A stretch of 64,000 nt of DNA from Octopus vulgaris (GCA_951406725.2 OX597817.1:17732001-17796000); one strand, 5' to 3'; numbered from the stretch's first letter, positions 39,201 through 52,659 are shown. The notes: generated by a model not told the origin, from the letters alone. Program-made: numbers and translations.

Positions 39201-39363
39201 GGCGCGAGAGTGACTCTGTTGTAAGAAGCTTGCTTCCTAACAACATGGTTCTGGGTTCAGTTCCACTGCTTTGGAACCTTCGGCAAATGTCTTCTACTAT
39301 AACCCCAGGCCGACCAAAGCCTTGTGAGTGGATTTGATAGACGGAAACTGAAGGAAGCCTATC

Positions 39364-39407
<44 letters not shown>

Positions 39408-39925
39408 TTGCGTGTCTGTGTTAGTCCCCCATCATCGCTTGACAACTGATGTTGGTATATTTATATCTATGTAACTCAGTGGTTTGGCAAAAGAGACTGA
39501 TAGATTGACAGCCGAATGACTGAAACAAGTAAAAGAGTAAGAGAAATATCCAATATCTTGAATTTCTAAAATTCCAAATGCTTGCATAGGCATAGGTGAA
39601 GCTGTGTATTAAGAGGTTTGTTTCCCAACCACATGGTTCTGGGTTCAGTCCCATTGCATGGCACCTTGGGCAAATGTCTTCTACTATAGCCCCAAGCCTT
39701 GTGAGAGGATGATTTGGTAGACGGAAACTGAAAGAAACCTGTCATGTATGTGTGTGTGTGTTTGTCCCCCACCAGTGCTGGACAAGTGGTGTTGGTTTGT
39801 TTATGTTCCAATAACTTAGCAGCTTGGCAAAAAGGGTTGATAGAAAGTACCAAACTTAAAAATAAGAAGAACTGGAGTTAATTTGTTTGACTGATGCCCT
39901 TCCATTGACAGAAACAAGTAAAAGA
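39201..39925 (+). mobile_element. Two adjacent SINE family A copies (about 39201-39543 and 39590-39925)
   Basis: Each has the tRNA-like head, the ccttgggcaaatgtcttctactat core and the tgaaacaagtaaaaga tail; both are diverged. Confidence 0.8.
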
Positions 39926-41692
39926 TAACCACAAACTAAAAATCAATTCACTATATATAATCGACATTATTCATGAAAAAGATCTTTTACTTTTGAATTA
40001 AGGTGCTTTAGGTATGTATGCCAGTTTTAGAAGCACACTGTATATCATGTAATAACGGATGACTGAAAGGGTTGGCAATATGAAAGATATTCATTTCATA
40101 AAACACTGCCTTGTAATGGGAACTATGATGTATTCAAAATAGAGGATATGCAAATCTAAATCCCACTTTAGCAGAGTAAACAGACTTAAAACGTTTGATG
40201 CCGGATTTTTTTTTTTTTGTTTCAGATTGCAAAAAGTATGGATTTAATCTTTGACAGCAGAGAACTCTTTCTGTGGAACCATTATACAACTGAATGGTAG
40301 AAGTCAGAAGAATAGGCAACCGTATTTTATATCGGTATATATTTGAAAGTAAAGATAACATCCAAAATACCAAAATAAGTATATGGAGTCGTGACATTCA
40401 AGATTGCCGAGATGTCACAAAAATGAATTCTTAATTAGACAGTAAGGTAGTATTTTATGCAGGGAGACAGCGAAAAGTTTGAAACAAGATATAAATTCAT
40501 ATTTCTGAAAGTTGAAACTATAATAGAGAAATTATTGTCTTGTAAGCTGAATATACCACCACTTTAATCTTAAATGTTTACCCCACCCCACATATACATA
40601 CTGGCATGGTCTGGATGGATCATACCACATCTCACCGCTGACCAACCATAACACCATGCCATCTAGAGCACATAGTTATCTTTGTTAGATTTGTTTTACA
40701 ATGTGGCCTAGATACATACCATAATATAATGTTCTGTCAACCAGGACAAGAAAGGTTGTCCTATGCAACAGAACTAGAATCCCCTCTACTCTGTATCAAT
40801 TCTTGTGCAAAGTTACCGTTAGTTACACCTTGACAGGTAGCCAGTGACGCAGCTTGGGGGTCTATGTCTTAGTTTTACATTTCATATGCATGTGTTTGTG
40901 CATGTATGTATATATATATATACATGTATGTATGTGATGTGTGTTGTAAAGAACAACAATGAAAAATGTGGTTAGTACATCAATATGAATGGCAGAAACC
41001 TTTTTCTCTTTTTTTGTAAAGGATTTTAATTTTCAAAGCGCACATACTAGGGCATGCAAGTTAAGTTAGAATGTGTTCATATGGCATGCAAAAGTAATAA
41101 GTATATTAGCAAAACAGTAACAATTTGAAGCAACCAAAAGCATATAAGTGAAATTCAATTCTTAATAACTGAAGCTTCCTTTGACAAGAAGTGTGTTAGT
41201 GTACAATCAATTAGAAATAAATTTGAAATCAAAGTGCTTTGTTCTAAATTCAAGTTCATGTTTAATGAAATACACATTAGTGACCACAACTCACTACAAA
41301 TATATCATTAACATTACTTGAAAAGATTATACAAATTCAAAACAAGCAATGAAAATATAGAGGCAGGATATGACATGGAAAATAAAGTACAAGTTTTTGC
41401 AAACATAAATCTTTACATCTAAATAGTTTGGTAGCAAAATGATTGTTTTTAATATAGGCCATTTGAAGACTTCAGTGATTCAAGTTTGTATTTACTATCA
41501 ACCTCCACATATCTTCTAATATATAGACACAAACAGTACAGTTACCTGAATAATAAATACACACACACACACACACACATTTTATATGTATGAATGTACA
41601 TACATGCATACATACAAACATCCATTACATACACAAACACACACGTCCACACATCTGCACATACATTCATATATATCAGTCAAATATCTTAC

Positions 41693-41749
41693 CTCACACC
41701 AGAGATGGAGTTCCCAACAGATGAATAATCAGTCAAAATAGGAAGTTGT
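41693..41749 (-). CDS. Candidate 57-nt cassette exon of PIAS (phase 2-2)
   Basis: Very long polypyrimidine tract (about 41755-41812 on the minus strand) then aag acceptor; donor AG|gtaaga. Open frame (R)QLPILTDYSSVGNSISGV(R). Confidence 0.7.
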
Positions 41750-41844
41750 CTTGAATAATAAAAAAAAGAAAGAAAAAGGAGGGAAAAGAGATAGATAGAG
41801 GAAAGGAGGGGTTGAATTATGTTTGCCAATTATTTATTAAACTA

Positions 41845-41992
41845 TAGGCTGTCCTGAAAATGCTGATCCATCTCGCTATGCAAAGTTTTTTTGGGGGATT
41901 TTTTTTTTCATTATGGACAATATACTTTACTCATAATTAACAAAATTAACCATCATTTACATCAATGTCTCTTAGATTTTCAGGACACCCTG
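41845..41992. mobile_element. Tc1/mariner-type MITE
   Basis: TA|taggctgtcctgaaaat ... attttcaggacaccctg|TA. Confidence 0.7.
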
Positions 41993-44699
41993 TAGAAATA
42001 ACAATTCTTAAACCAATGTTTATTACTAATTTCAACTTAGTAGACTATATTTCGACTTTTCTACATGTATTTTACAAACTGTTGTTTGGTTCTAAATCAT
42101 TTAGTCTCTTGAGATTAGAAGACACCATAAGTTTATATACCCTCAAAAGTTTTTGTTCCAAATAAGATGTTATATTTTTAATGCATTAACCAAACCACCA
42201 ATCTGAACAAAAGTATTTGCAAATATTTTCCTTGTAAAAATCCTTGGACTTGCATCTTGCATATAGAATCCAAGACCAGATAATCTTTGAACTGTTAGTC
42301 ACTAACTTCAGATAAGTTACATGATCCCAAGACAGAGGTAATAAATTTGAAAACCAAACAACAGAGGATTAGATGTGAGTAGATAAAAAGCATTTTTTTT
42401 TTTTTATTATTTAATCGATGGCTTATCACAATGAAAAATCCTATTAAACTTTCTTTAAATAAAGCATTAGTCATAAATTAACAAGTTTAATATTAATCAT
42501 ATTACAACAACTGATCAGAATATATGATAAAATAGTTAATACAATTTTCAATTTAATAAGAAACAGCATTGGAATTTCTCTAGAATATTTTAGATACATT
42601 TTGGATCAATAGAGCCAGAAAATATTGAGAACAGTTTTCAACTAGCAGAAATATTGATTACCAATGTACTGATACTAGATATAGAAAGGTTATCAACTAA
42701 ACATATATAATCCAAATACACTTTTACATTGAAATAAAATCAACTGATTTCCTCATATCAATATATTTTTCGAAAATGAGGATAGGAATTAAAAAATATT
42801 TTACAATTATTAGTAGATATGTGTGTGTGTGAACACAAAAAACTCTTAAATGATCCAATGTAGTTGTAGAAAATAGTAATAAATACAAATACTTAAAAGT
42901 AGTTTCCAAAATTAATGATGAAAATAGAGATAAGAAAATAACATAAATCATGGTAAAAAGATATAATTTTATGAGAATGGTAGATCGGTAAAAATTAGTA
43001 TTTATTTAATTACACTCCTGTATGTCCTGAGTTCAAATACTGAGTGATTTTTTGCCTTTTTATTCTTTAGTGAAAAGTAAAACAATGGACTTAATGTAAA
43101 TGACTATTCATTTGATGAAAATCAATAAAAGAATAAACTGACAAAATCTTTATAATAATAGAAATATCAATAACTGGCATATTATATACTTATAGCCAAA
43201 CAGTTAATATAAAGTTATTTTGAAACATTTAATACTATTCTATATATTTCACTCCATACTAGCAACTGCATATTGTTGGAGTGTTTTTCACAGTTGGATG
43301 CCCTTTCTACAACTTGGAATATGAATGTAACTGGCTGACAGTGAGATAGACACGGACAGACAATGGATAAATGAACTTAACAACACAGAGTAACTTAGAT
43401 ATTAATTAGATATACTTTTATACATAAGTACATTTTAAATAAGCAGCATTAGCTATTTTGTAACATGAAACTAGTGCCAAAATTTTCATCACACAACTGC
43501 AAGCTGGTCACTGATACATTCCCACTGAAATACTTAGAAAGTTTATTAATCTTTATAACAAACTTTCAAACACTTACAGTAGAACTGTGTCAGTGACCAC
43601 ATCATAGTTGACTAACAAAACTTTTGACACCTTATCAAATAAAATTCAAAGTGAATTTAACACTTTTTTGATTTATTAATTGGTCAGAACAGCTCTTCAA
43701 TGAAGTAATTGCTTCAGTTTCAAGTCTCAAATCAAATCAACTGCTAGACAAGGACGATTCTTATATCTCCCAATGTATTTGCTATGTTTTAAATGCTATG
43801 TTCTCATCTTCAAATAGATTTCTAAAAAATGTGTCTGAATTTTCATTGCACTATCACAAGAAATCTAAAAGCAACTATGCTGATTTATGCAAAAGTTATC
43901 AGAACTTTTAACAAATTTCATCCAACATTCTGATAGTTGTTGATATTTAGATAATATTCATAACTTTTACATTATTTTTTTTTAAAATTGGACACACAAA
44001 TATATATGCACACACACACATACATATATATTACCAAAATGTATATGTATATATATATATATTAGCACACATGCACAACTGCACACATACACAAACATAA
44101 TTATACATACATGTATATGCATACACACAAACATCATAATGTCTAAAACATAGGCTTAATGTTATAACCAGAATCTTTAAAAAAATCTAGTTGATAATAA
44201 TAAAAATAATGAGTTCATCAAAAGCACCTAAGTTTCAATAGACACAATTCAGAAATTAAAATTAGCCAAAATATTTACTATATATTTGAACAAGAAGTAT
44301 TTTTATATTTATTAAAAAACAAGGGAGGAAACATTAATAACAAATCGAATAACATTACTATTTTTTCTGTTTTTGTTTGTTTTTAAGAAGTATTGATATA
44401 CACTAAATAAATTTTACAGATGCTTTCAAAATAAAGTTATAGCTTATTTAGGGAAGGGAAAATTTTACAATGTAGCAAGTTTTGTGTTTCCCTCTCAACA
44501 AAATCGATTGAACAAACTAATGTAGAGAAAAATATATCATTTGACTACAAACAACTGTAAGGAAATGGAACATTTGTGAAATAATGAACGACCACAAGAA
44601 TATAATTGAAAAACAGTCTTAATTTAAATTTGTGCTAAATCCTTCTCAACAAATGTCATGTAAATTAAAATTTATTATTTACTTTGACTTTTGTCTTAC

Positions 44700-44756
44700 T
44701 TCAGATATGAACTTTCTGGAATGTTGTGTAAAAAGTCAGAAAGAAATATGGAGGGC
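44700..44756 (-). CDS. Candidate second 57-nt cassette exon of PIAS (phase 2-2)
   Basis: Acceptor ttcttaaatgtttctaaatttag, donor AA|gtaaga. Open frame (R)PSIFLSDFLHNIPESSYL(K). Same length and phase as 41693-41749. Confidence 0.45.
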
Positions 44757-45427
44757 CTAAATTTAGAAACATTTAAGAATTTGTAAGACTGCATGTTGAG
44801 GTGAATGCAAATGGGCTTCATATATAGAAACTAAAAGCAAACTTTAAATAAGACAATTTAATAAAGTTTAATAAAAGATGTAACTTGAAATTTTTCATAC
44901 TATTTAAGCCTTGTTTTTTCAATAAACAGTAAACTGAGATCAGACAACACATGTCAATATATTTAAAGAGAAAATGAAGAAATTATAGAAACCTTCCCAG
45001 AAAGCAAGAGATATTTACTACAACAATATTCAGAACTCTTGTCTGGATTTGATTTGCAATCAATTTTAGAGAAAATATCTTTCATCAAAAAAGTTTTCAA
45101 TTAAGAATGAAGACTTTCAATAATGAAAGTAGGGTGGAACAGAGTGACAGAAAGAGTAGGGTGACAAATTATATGCCCCAACAGATTTAGTTCAAACCCT
45201 GCTAATCAACTTGGCTTTTCATCCATCTAGGGATAGTAACAGAAGAACCACTAAGTGGAGTAACTGTATCTCTCCCCCAACTTTGAATGTCTAACCTAGT
45301 GTCACATTAGCATTTAATATTTTATATAAAATCGAAATAAAGCATCTATTTTAATAACCCATGAAATAACATTAGGTCAAATTAAATGAAGAATAGAATC
45401 CCATTCATAAAACACTACACAACTAAA

Positions 45428-45822
45428 TCTTTCTATATATATAAAGTTGAAGTTGTCTGTGTATGGCAGGTTTGGTAGCCTTCAACTAACATTATCTCCC
45501 CCGAGACCCTGCAGCGCAAGTTGACCAAAATTGAGAGTATGATAGAAGAAGGCTTGCTCTTCCTTCCGTAGAAGAAAAAATTCAAATCGAACCATGTTAA
45601 TATCAAAAATTATTTACATCAAAAAGGTGTTTTTTTTTCTATGAAAATCCCTATTTTTTACGATTTTTTTACTGCTGTCTCACCATTTTTCAGTGTATTT
45701 CAACCAGAAAAATGTTCACTTAAAGAGAATAACAAGCTACATAATGCAAAATTTTTACTTTTCAAAAGTTCCAATTCTAAAGGGTCAAAACATACCCGAG
45801 CAACGCCGGGTGATACTGCTAC
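45428..45822 (+). mobile_element. Non-autonomous Helitron
   Basis: A|TCtttctatatatataaa start; acccgagcaacgccgggt hairpin; end ctac (degenerate CTAG). Confidence 0.78.
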
Positions 45823-48800
45823 TTAATATATATTTTGAAAATTAGTTCAACCACAAGCTACCATTTCAAATTTCACATATGAAATAATCAGAACAAAACT
45901 GAAGTCAAATATCTTTGATTTCACCTATTCGAAAAGATATGAAGAAATTCAATTAAGAAGTCATATGATACAGATATGAACAGTTTAAGAAGTATTCAAA
46001 TTGAAAATAAAACAAAAACAAAAATCTTTAAAACAATAGTCATCTTTTACTTCTTTCAGTCATTGGACTGCTGACATGCTGAGCACCCCACTGAAGGGCT
46101 TAGTTGAACAAATCAACCTCAGTACATATTTTTCACGCCTGGTACTTATTCTATCAGTCTCTTTTGCTGAACATAAACAAGCCGACACCAGGTGTCAAGT
46201 GGTGGTGGTGACAAACAAAGATATAAACACATGCGTATGCACACGTGTCATCATCATTTAGCATCTACTTTCCATGCTGACATAGGTTAAATGGTTTGAC
46301 TGGAACTGGTAAGCTGGACAGTTGCACCAAGTTCCAATCTGATTTCGCATGGTTTCTACAGCTGAATGCCCTTCCTAATGCCAACTACCCCAAGAGTGGT
46401 GTATATATAGACAAACACACAATGGTCTTCCACACAGTTTCTCTCTATCAAATTCACCCTTTTACCCTCAAGGTACTGATCAGCCTAGGGTTATAGAACA
46501 CACTTGCCCAAGGTGCAGCACAGTTGGAGAGAGCCCAAAGACACAATTGCAAAATGAGCTTGTTAACAACACAGTCATGCTTGCATAATATATTTAACTC
46601 AGAATTTTCGCTAGTGTATCTCTTTGGTTAAAGGAACAATATTTTATAGAAAATTCTGGTTTACTTTTCAATGGAATTATTTCTATGATGAAGAATTCAT
46701 ACCCTGTTATTCATGACTTGCAGAATAATGTAACGTCAAATTAAATATCTTAAAATATGTATGCAGGCTAGCTTCCCAAATTTATGAACCATCTTCAATA
46801 TTCTGCCAATAAGAGATCAAAGTAATTGAAGTATTTTAAAATAATTTGAGAATTTCACACAATTACTCCTGAGACATGCCTATTATACCTGGTAGATATG
46901 AAGTTAGTTCACTTTAGCAAGAATGTTCACAAGCAAAGCATTATAGAGTAGTTGCTATAAGAAGTCTTATATCAATATGAGCTATTTTGTTAATTGAAAA
47001 GAGACGTTTTCTCCAAAAGCAGTTTCTATTTTTCTCTCCTTTTGAAGAGAAATAAACACATTAATTTTCATGCAGCTAGCTAATTCAAGTTCACAGTATT
47101 GTAAAAGTACATTCCAAATTTAGTAAACAGACTTTGAATTTGCCAAATAAGAATGTTTGTGTATGTGCGTGCATGTACATTGCTTTTTTCACTTGTGTGT
47201 GTGTGTGTGTGCATGAACTTCACTAGTAGGGAAAATGAGGACTACATAAGGTCTTTCATAAATTCAAGAGATTCTTCTAAATATGAATTAACACACACTT
47301 CAGATTTTAGAGGGATGCATGTTACATACTGACCATGAATGATTAAGACAATTCTTAAATCATAGCCACAAAGCCTATGACAAACATAGAATTAATGCTC
47401 TTAAATAAAGGACAAACTATGGTTTTGAAAATGCTGCCAAACTGTATTAGCATAGAAAAGTGAATATATAACATTTAATAAAATAAAATAAAATAAAATA
47501 CTTCAGGTATCAAAAAGCAACATCTTGGAAGCCAACAGATGCTGAACTTTCAATTTCAAAGTCCAAACATATATTATTACATTATACATTGATAAATATA
47601 TTTTCACTTAAACCTATATGATGAAATGAAAACTGGTACCTGCAGCACCAATATAAAATCAAAACCAATGAATAAAATAATTATGTCGAGAAAGAGGCTT
47701 TCAAATTTTAAGACATAAAAATATCTTAACTTTAAGTTAGCATACATTACTCTGTAAGATAATTTTCCATTTTTAGATTAACTACTAGACATAACTTCTT
47801 GACCCAAAATATCAGACAATATAAATATACTGTTGCTTATTACTTTCACAAGATTAGAATATACAATTGATAATTTAATCAACTAGGAAAGCTATCCATT
47901 TTGAAGCTGGTAATCAATATGACTATAACGGTTGTAAAAATTTTCTATATTTATTTTAATTAACATGGAACTTTGTATTTATTGATTATTATTTCTAACC
48001 AATTATAAAGCATCTCTAGACACTACATTCCACAAAAACATTGGTGCTCTATATTTTTAATAATTTCTTCAGCTATATTTAATTTCAGAGTTGCTGAAAT
48101 ATCTTTCATATATAATTTAAATGAAATGTAACTAAATATATATACAATGGAAAATGAAAATATTTAAATGTCTTTTACTGAGATGGTGTAGAATATTTAA
48201 CTGTAAATAGACAAAATTTTGTCAAAAAGAAAAAAAAAAAGAGACAATTTTTTTTTTAACAATTTATCTAAAACAAGAAAAATGAGAAATAAATATCATT
48301 TAAGGAAATTCCAATATTTTTTTTATTACTTTATATATCAAAAACCAAGAGGGAAAAAATGAGCCCACCTCAGCCCCAAATTTGATAGTCAGGGACTGTA
48401 CCTAATGCTATGGCACAGTTGGATATATGGAGGAGACCAATAGGACTCAACACCTCTTCTGACCATATCCGTGAGAGGAATTGTAATACTTTTAGCTGGC
48501 AAAACACTCATCACTTTTTCACTGTTGTTAGCAGTGAATTATAATATTCTGTGATACATACAAAAGTGAAGTTGCTTGTTCAAGAACCCAGTGCAGCAAC
48601 AGTGATAAGACCACTGACTTAGATACTGACTGGTTGTCTAGTGCCTTGTTTATGCAGACATAAGCAGCTCTTTTATAAACCAGAGCTTACTTAGCAAATT
48701 GAAAAATCAAGCAATTTATAATTTCACCTTTAACAATTCTGAATTAATAAGTGAATTAGTCACCAATAATTCAGCCTATATTTAAAACAATCACATTACC

Positions 48801-48991
48801 ATCAAGTTATGACATGCAGGTGAAAATATGCATACAGAAACAAAACGATTAAATCATTTTGAAGATGAATGAAATTCTATAATCAAAAGAACATAGGAGT
48901 GAATTTCAGAATGAAGTATAATAAACTGACTACAAATATAAGTGAAGCAAGCACATAGTAGTGTTTAACAGATACAAATATAACAACATAC

Positions 48992-49152
48992 CTGTATAGT
49001 TCACGAATTTTTATTTGAACAGGTATTGAACAGACTCGAGATACCAAACCTAAAGCTCTTTGTAGAAGTTCTTGTTTGCGACCACTTTTACTTTTACCAG
49101 CAAAACCAAGTAAGACTTGAAGTTCTGACACACGGAAGCTCATAATCATGTG
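48992..49152 (-). CDS. PIAS: PIAS-family SUMO E3 ligase, SAP-domain exon (internal, phase 0 to phase 2)
   Basis: Translates [53 protein letters not shown](R). This matches the PIAS N-terminal SAP domain with its LxxLL motif (cf. vertebrate PIAS1 [30 protein letters not shown]...VQMKIKELYRRRFP). Acceptor ctatttcctttag, donor AG|gtatgt, 161 nt. Confidence 0.96.
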
Positions 49153-49537
49153 CTAAAGGAAATAGAAATGAAAATACATATAAGTACAATGAATTTCATG
49201 AGAATTAGTAGAATAGTTTAAATAAAAATGTTAACTATCAAAGAGCATTTAGCCCATTAACTCTTTTGATACTAACCTGCCTGAGATCGCCCATCGTCCA
49301 ATGAGACAAACTTTCACTTTTAAAGTGTTTTAAATTAAAACTTTCCATCAAAAATTCAATTTACAGAAACCAGTATAGTAACAACAAAGTTATTTTACTA
49401 AGTTCTTCATTATTTCTAAAATTAATTAAAACAAAAACAATGTATTTCAATAAAACTTTGGTATCAAAATGGTAAATAAACTACTTTTCCAGAAATTAGA
49501 ATTTTGAAAAAATACATATATATATATATATATATAT

Positions 49538-49803
49538 ACTCTTTTACAGGTTTCAGTTATTTGACTGTGGCCATGCTGGAGCACTGCCTTTAGTTGAAGA
49601 AATTGACCCCATGACTTATTCTATCGGTCACTTTTGCTGAACTGATAAGTTTTGAGGACATAAACACACCAACATTGGTTGTCAAGCGATGGTGGGAGTA
49701 CAAACAGATACATACATATATATATATATACATGACAGGCTTCTTTCAGTTTCTACCTACCAAACCCACTCACAAGGCTTTGGTCAGCCCAAGGCTATAG
49801 TAG
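49538..49803 (-). mobile_element. SINE family A, partial
   Basis: 3' two-thirds of the consensus, diverged. Confidence 0.8.
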
Positions 49804-49849
49804 GACACACACACATATATAAAGTAAAGACTAAAAGAGTCAAAAGGCA

Positions 49850-49983
49850 GGTGTATTTTTCATTTGTCACTGTTATTTATGACATTGTTTGTGCATTTGT
49901 ACTGGTTTTAAGGTTTTAGGGTTAGGTTTATGGTTTTAGGGTTAGGGTTGTCATAAATAACAGTTACAAATGAAAACTACACC
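49850..49983. repeat. 35-bp inverted repeat enclosing TTAGGG-like repeats
   Basis: ggtgtatttttcatttgtcactgttatttatgaca / tgtcataaataacagttacaaatgaaaactacacc; the loop contains ttttagggttagg units. Confidence 0.75.
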
Positions 49984-51045
49984 ACCGGAAGTTCTTGTTG
50001 ACAAACAACAGCAGTAATTTTATTCAGCTGAATACACATCATTGATTGGTTGAAATTACCGAAACACGAGAACTTTAACGTGAAATAACTTCATAAATAT
50101 AAGTTTTCCTCAAAAATGCTAAGAGTAAAACATGTTTCATATGACACATTCTACAAGTGTCCGAAGTTTGAAAGTGTTTAGTTACAAAAAATTATTTTTT
50201 ACATCTGTAGGTCAAAAGGTAAAGATCCCATATTTATCCACAAGATTTGCTACTTTATCGGTCAACATCACATATTGCTGAACCCTTTATCCCATTTGAA
50301 GTTTTCTGGCTACGCGGACTTAATCTATAAAGAATTTTCATTATTTCCAAATTAATATAAGGTAATTTTAATGCTAGCATCCTTTTTTTCCCCAAAGGAA
50401 ACCCGGTTTTGGCTGTCTTTCATCTCCAGATAAGTCCTAGAAACCGTTCTGATTTGCACGTTCTTTTTATTTAAATTTCGTACTTAAGTGTGATATTTCC
50501 TTGAAATACCCTTTATCTTCTGCTTACATGTCAGTGCACTGGGGGTTTACATTTTATCACTATTGCACTTTTGGTTGATAGAATATTGATTTTCTCGAAA
50601 CACGCTCTGTCCATATGTGCTTATAGATGTGAATGCTCATTCACAACTGTCCTCATCCATGTGCCATGCGGTGCTTGCAATACCATTGCTAAGAATTGTG
50701 CGCTTTAGCGTTGTGGGGAATTCTTTTCTGTTGAAATACCATATTTAGTGCTTGCAAACAGTAACGAGGTAAATTTAATTGTTTTTTTTAAAGATTCATT
50801 CGATTACAGATTTTCGATAGGATGCCTTGAAAAAGCAAGAGTCACATTAGCAGAAAAACCAAAAAAATGCTTCTGTTTTGCATTCCTTGCGGGCAAACAA
50901 GACAGAAGAACTCCTGCATGCTCATAATACTGCTTCTACAGCAGTTGCCAGAAGCATAGGCAGTAGTGGAATTACACTATATCAGACCCCAGTCCAATCA
51001 TGAACTTACACCATCCAAAGGATGGGGGTGGGTTGGGTTGCTAGT

Positions 51046-51070
<25 letters not shown>

Positions 51071-51105
<35 letters not shown>

Positions 51106-51289
51106 TTGTCTCCCGACCATCACTTGACAATCAGTGTTGGTGTGTTTATATCCCTGTAACTTAGCGGTTTGGCAAAAGAGACCAACAAAATAAGTACTAG
51201 GCTTACAAAGAATAAGTTCTGGGGTCGATTCGTTCGATTAAAGACGGTGCTTCAGCATGACCACAGTCAAATGACTGAAACAAGTAAAA

Positions 51290-51291
<2 letters not shown>
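51071..51291 (+). mobile_element. SINE family A, 3' half
   Basis: Runs from (TG)n through ...tgactgaaacaagtaaaaga. Confidence 0.8.
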
Positions 51292-51332
<41 letters not shown>

Positions 51333-51374
51333 AACACACACACACACATATATATATATATACATTTGCCAGAG

Positions 51375-51714
51375 CAACAAGCTGGCCTCTGTGCTGGTGG
51401 CACGTGAAAAAACATTCGAGCGAGGTCGTTGCCAGTGCCACTGGACTGGCTCCTGTGCAGGTGGCACATAAAAAGCACCATTTGAGCGTGGCCATTGCCA
51501 GTACCGCCTGACTGGCCCTCATGCTGGTGGCACATACAAGCACCTACTACACTCTTGGAATGGTTGGTGTTAGGAAGGGCATCCAGCTGTAGAAACTCTG
51601 TCAGATCAGACTGGAGTCTAGTGCAGCCATCTGGTTCGCCAGACCTCAGTCAAATCATTCAACCCATGCTAGCATAGAAAGCGAACGGTAAACGATGATG
51701 ATGATGATGATGAT
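51375..51714 (+). mobile_element. RTE 3'-end fragment
   Basis: Tandem UTR units and (GAT)n tail. Confidence 0.85.
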
Positions 51715-52249
51715 ATATTTGTGCCATCTGTCATACAATTTCACATGAATAAATGAGAAATAGCTCCCACTGTTTCATGGTTAGTAAATAAATTAAGTAG
51801 TTCGATTGAATATAAATTTAATATCATTACTGAATGGTAGAGTAATGAGATTATGAAGGTGAAACATTCATCTTAAATATCAGATGCATACATACAATCA
51901 ATCAACAATTGAATGGAGCGAGTGGTGAAAAGAGCAAGTATATGATTATTGACTCTGTCTTTTGTTCTCTGAATTAAGTTTTTTTAGGGATACCAAATAA
52001 ATTAGACATGCTATGTATTTTCAATAATGTTTACTGAGCCAAGCATGATAATATGTTCCAGAAATGGGAGGGGTAGTAGTTTGAACTAATGGCCTTTAAA
52101 TCAAACAGTTTAATCAACCAAACACTATACAGCTGAATAGAAAAATGGATAACACAAACAACAAATACAAACAGTTGTTGCTTAACTAATTGGTGTAATA
52201 TTGAAAAAATAAAGGATTGCAAAAGAATTACCAATACTTCAGTTCACGT

Positions 52250-52478
52250 ACTCTTTTACTCTTTTACTTGTTTCAGTCATTTGACTGCGGCCATGCTGGA
52301 GCACCGCCTAAAATCGAGCAACTCGACCCCGGGACTTATTCTTTTGTAAGCCCAGTACTTGTTCTATCGGTCTCTTTTGCCGAACCGCTAAGTAACGGGG
52401 ACGTAAACAAACCAGCATCGGTTGTCAAGCAATGCTAGGGGGACAAACACAGACACACAAACATACACGCACACACAT

Positions 52479-52532
<54 letters not shown>

Positions 52533-52659
52533 GATGGGCTTCTTTCAGTTTCCGTCTACACCAAATCCACTCACAAGGTATTGGTCGGCCCGGGGCTATA
52601 GCAGTGGGACTGAACCCGGAACCATGTGGTTGGTTAGCAAGCTACTTACCACACAGCCA
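52250..52659 (-). mobile_element. SINE family A
   Basis: Near full length, with an internal deletion across the core region. Confidence 0.9.

Noticed and set aside
48389-48514. Intronic box C/D snoRNA (GTGATGA...CTGA), or a pre-miRNA hairpin at 48421-48470
   Set aside because: There is no convincing terminal stem, and the hairpin is short and heavily bulged.
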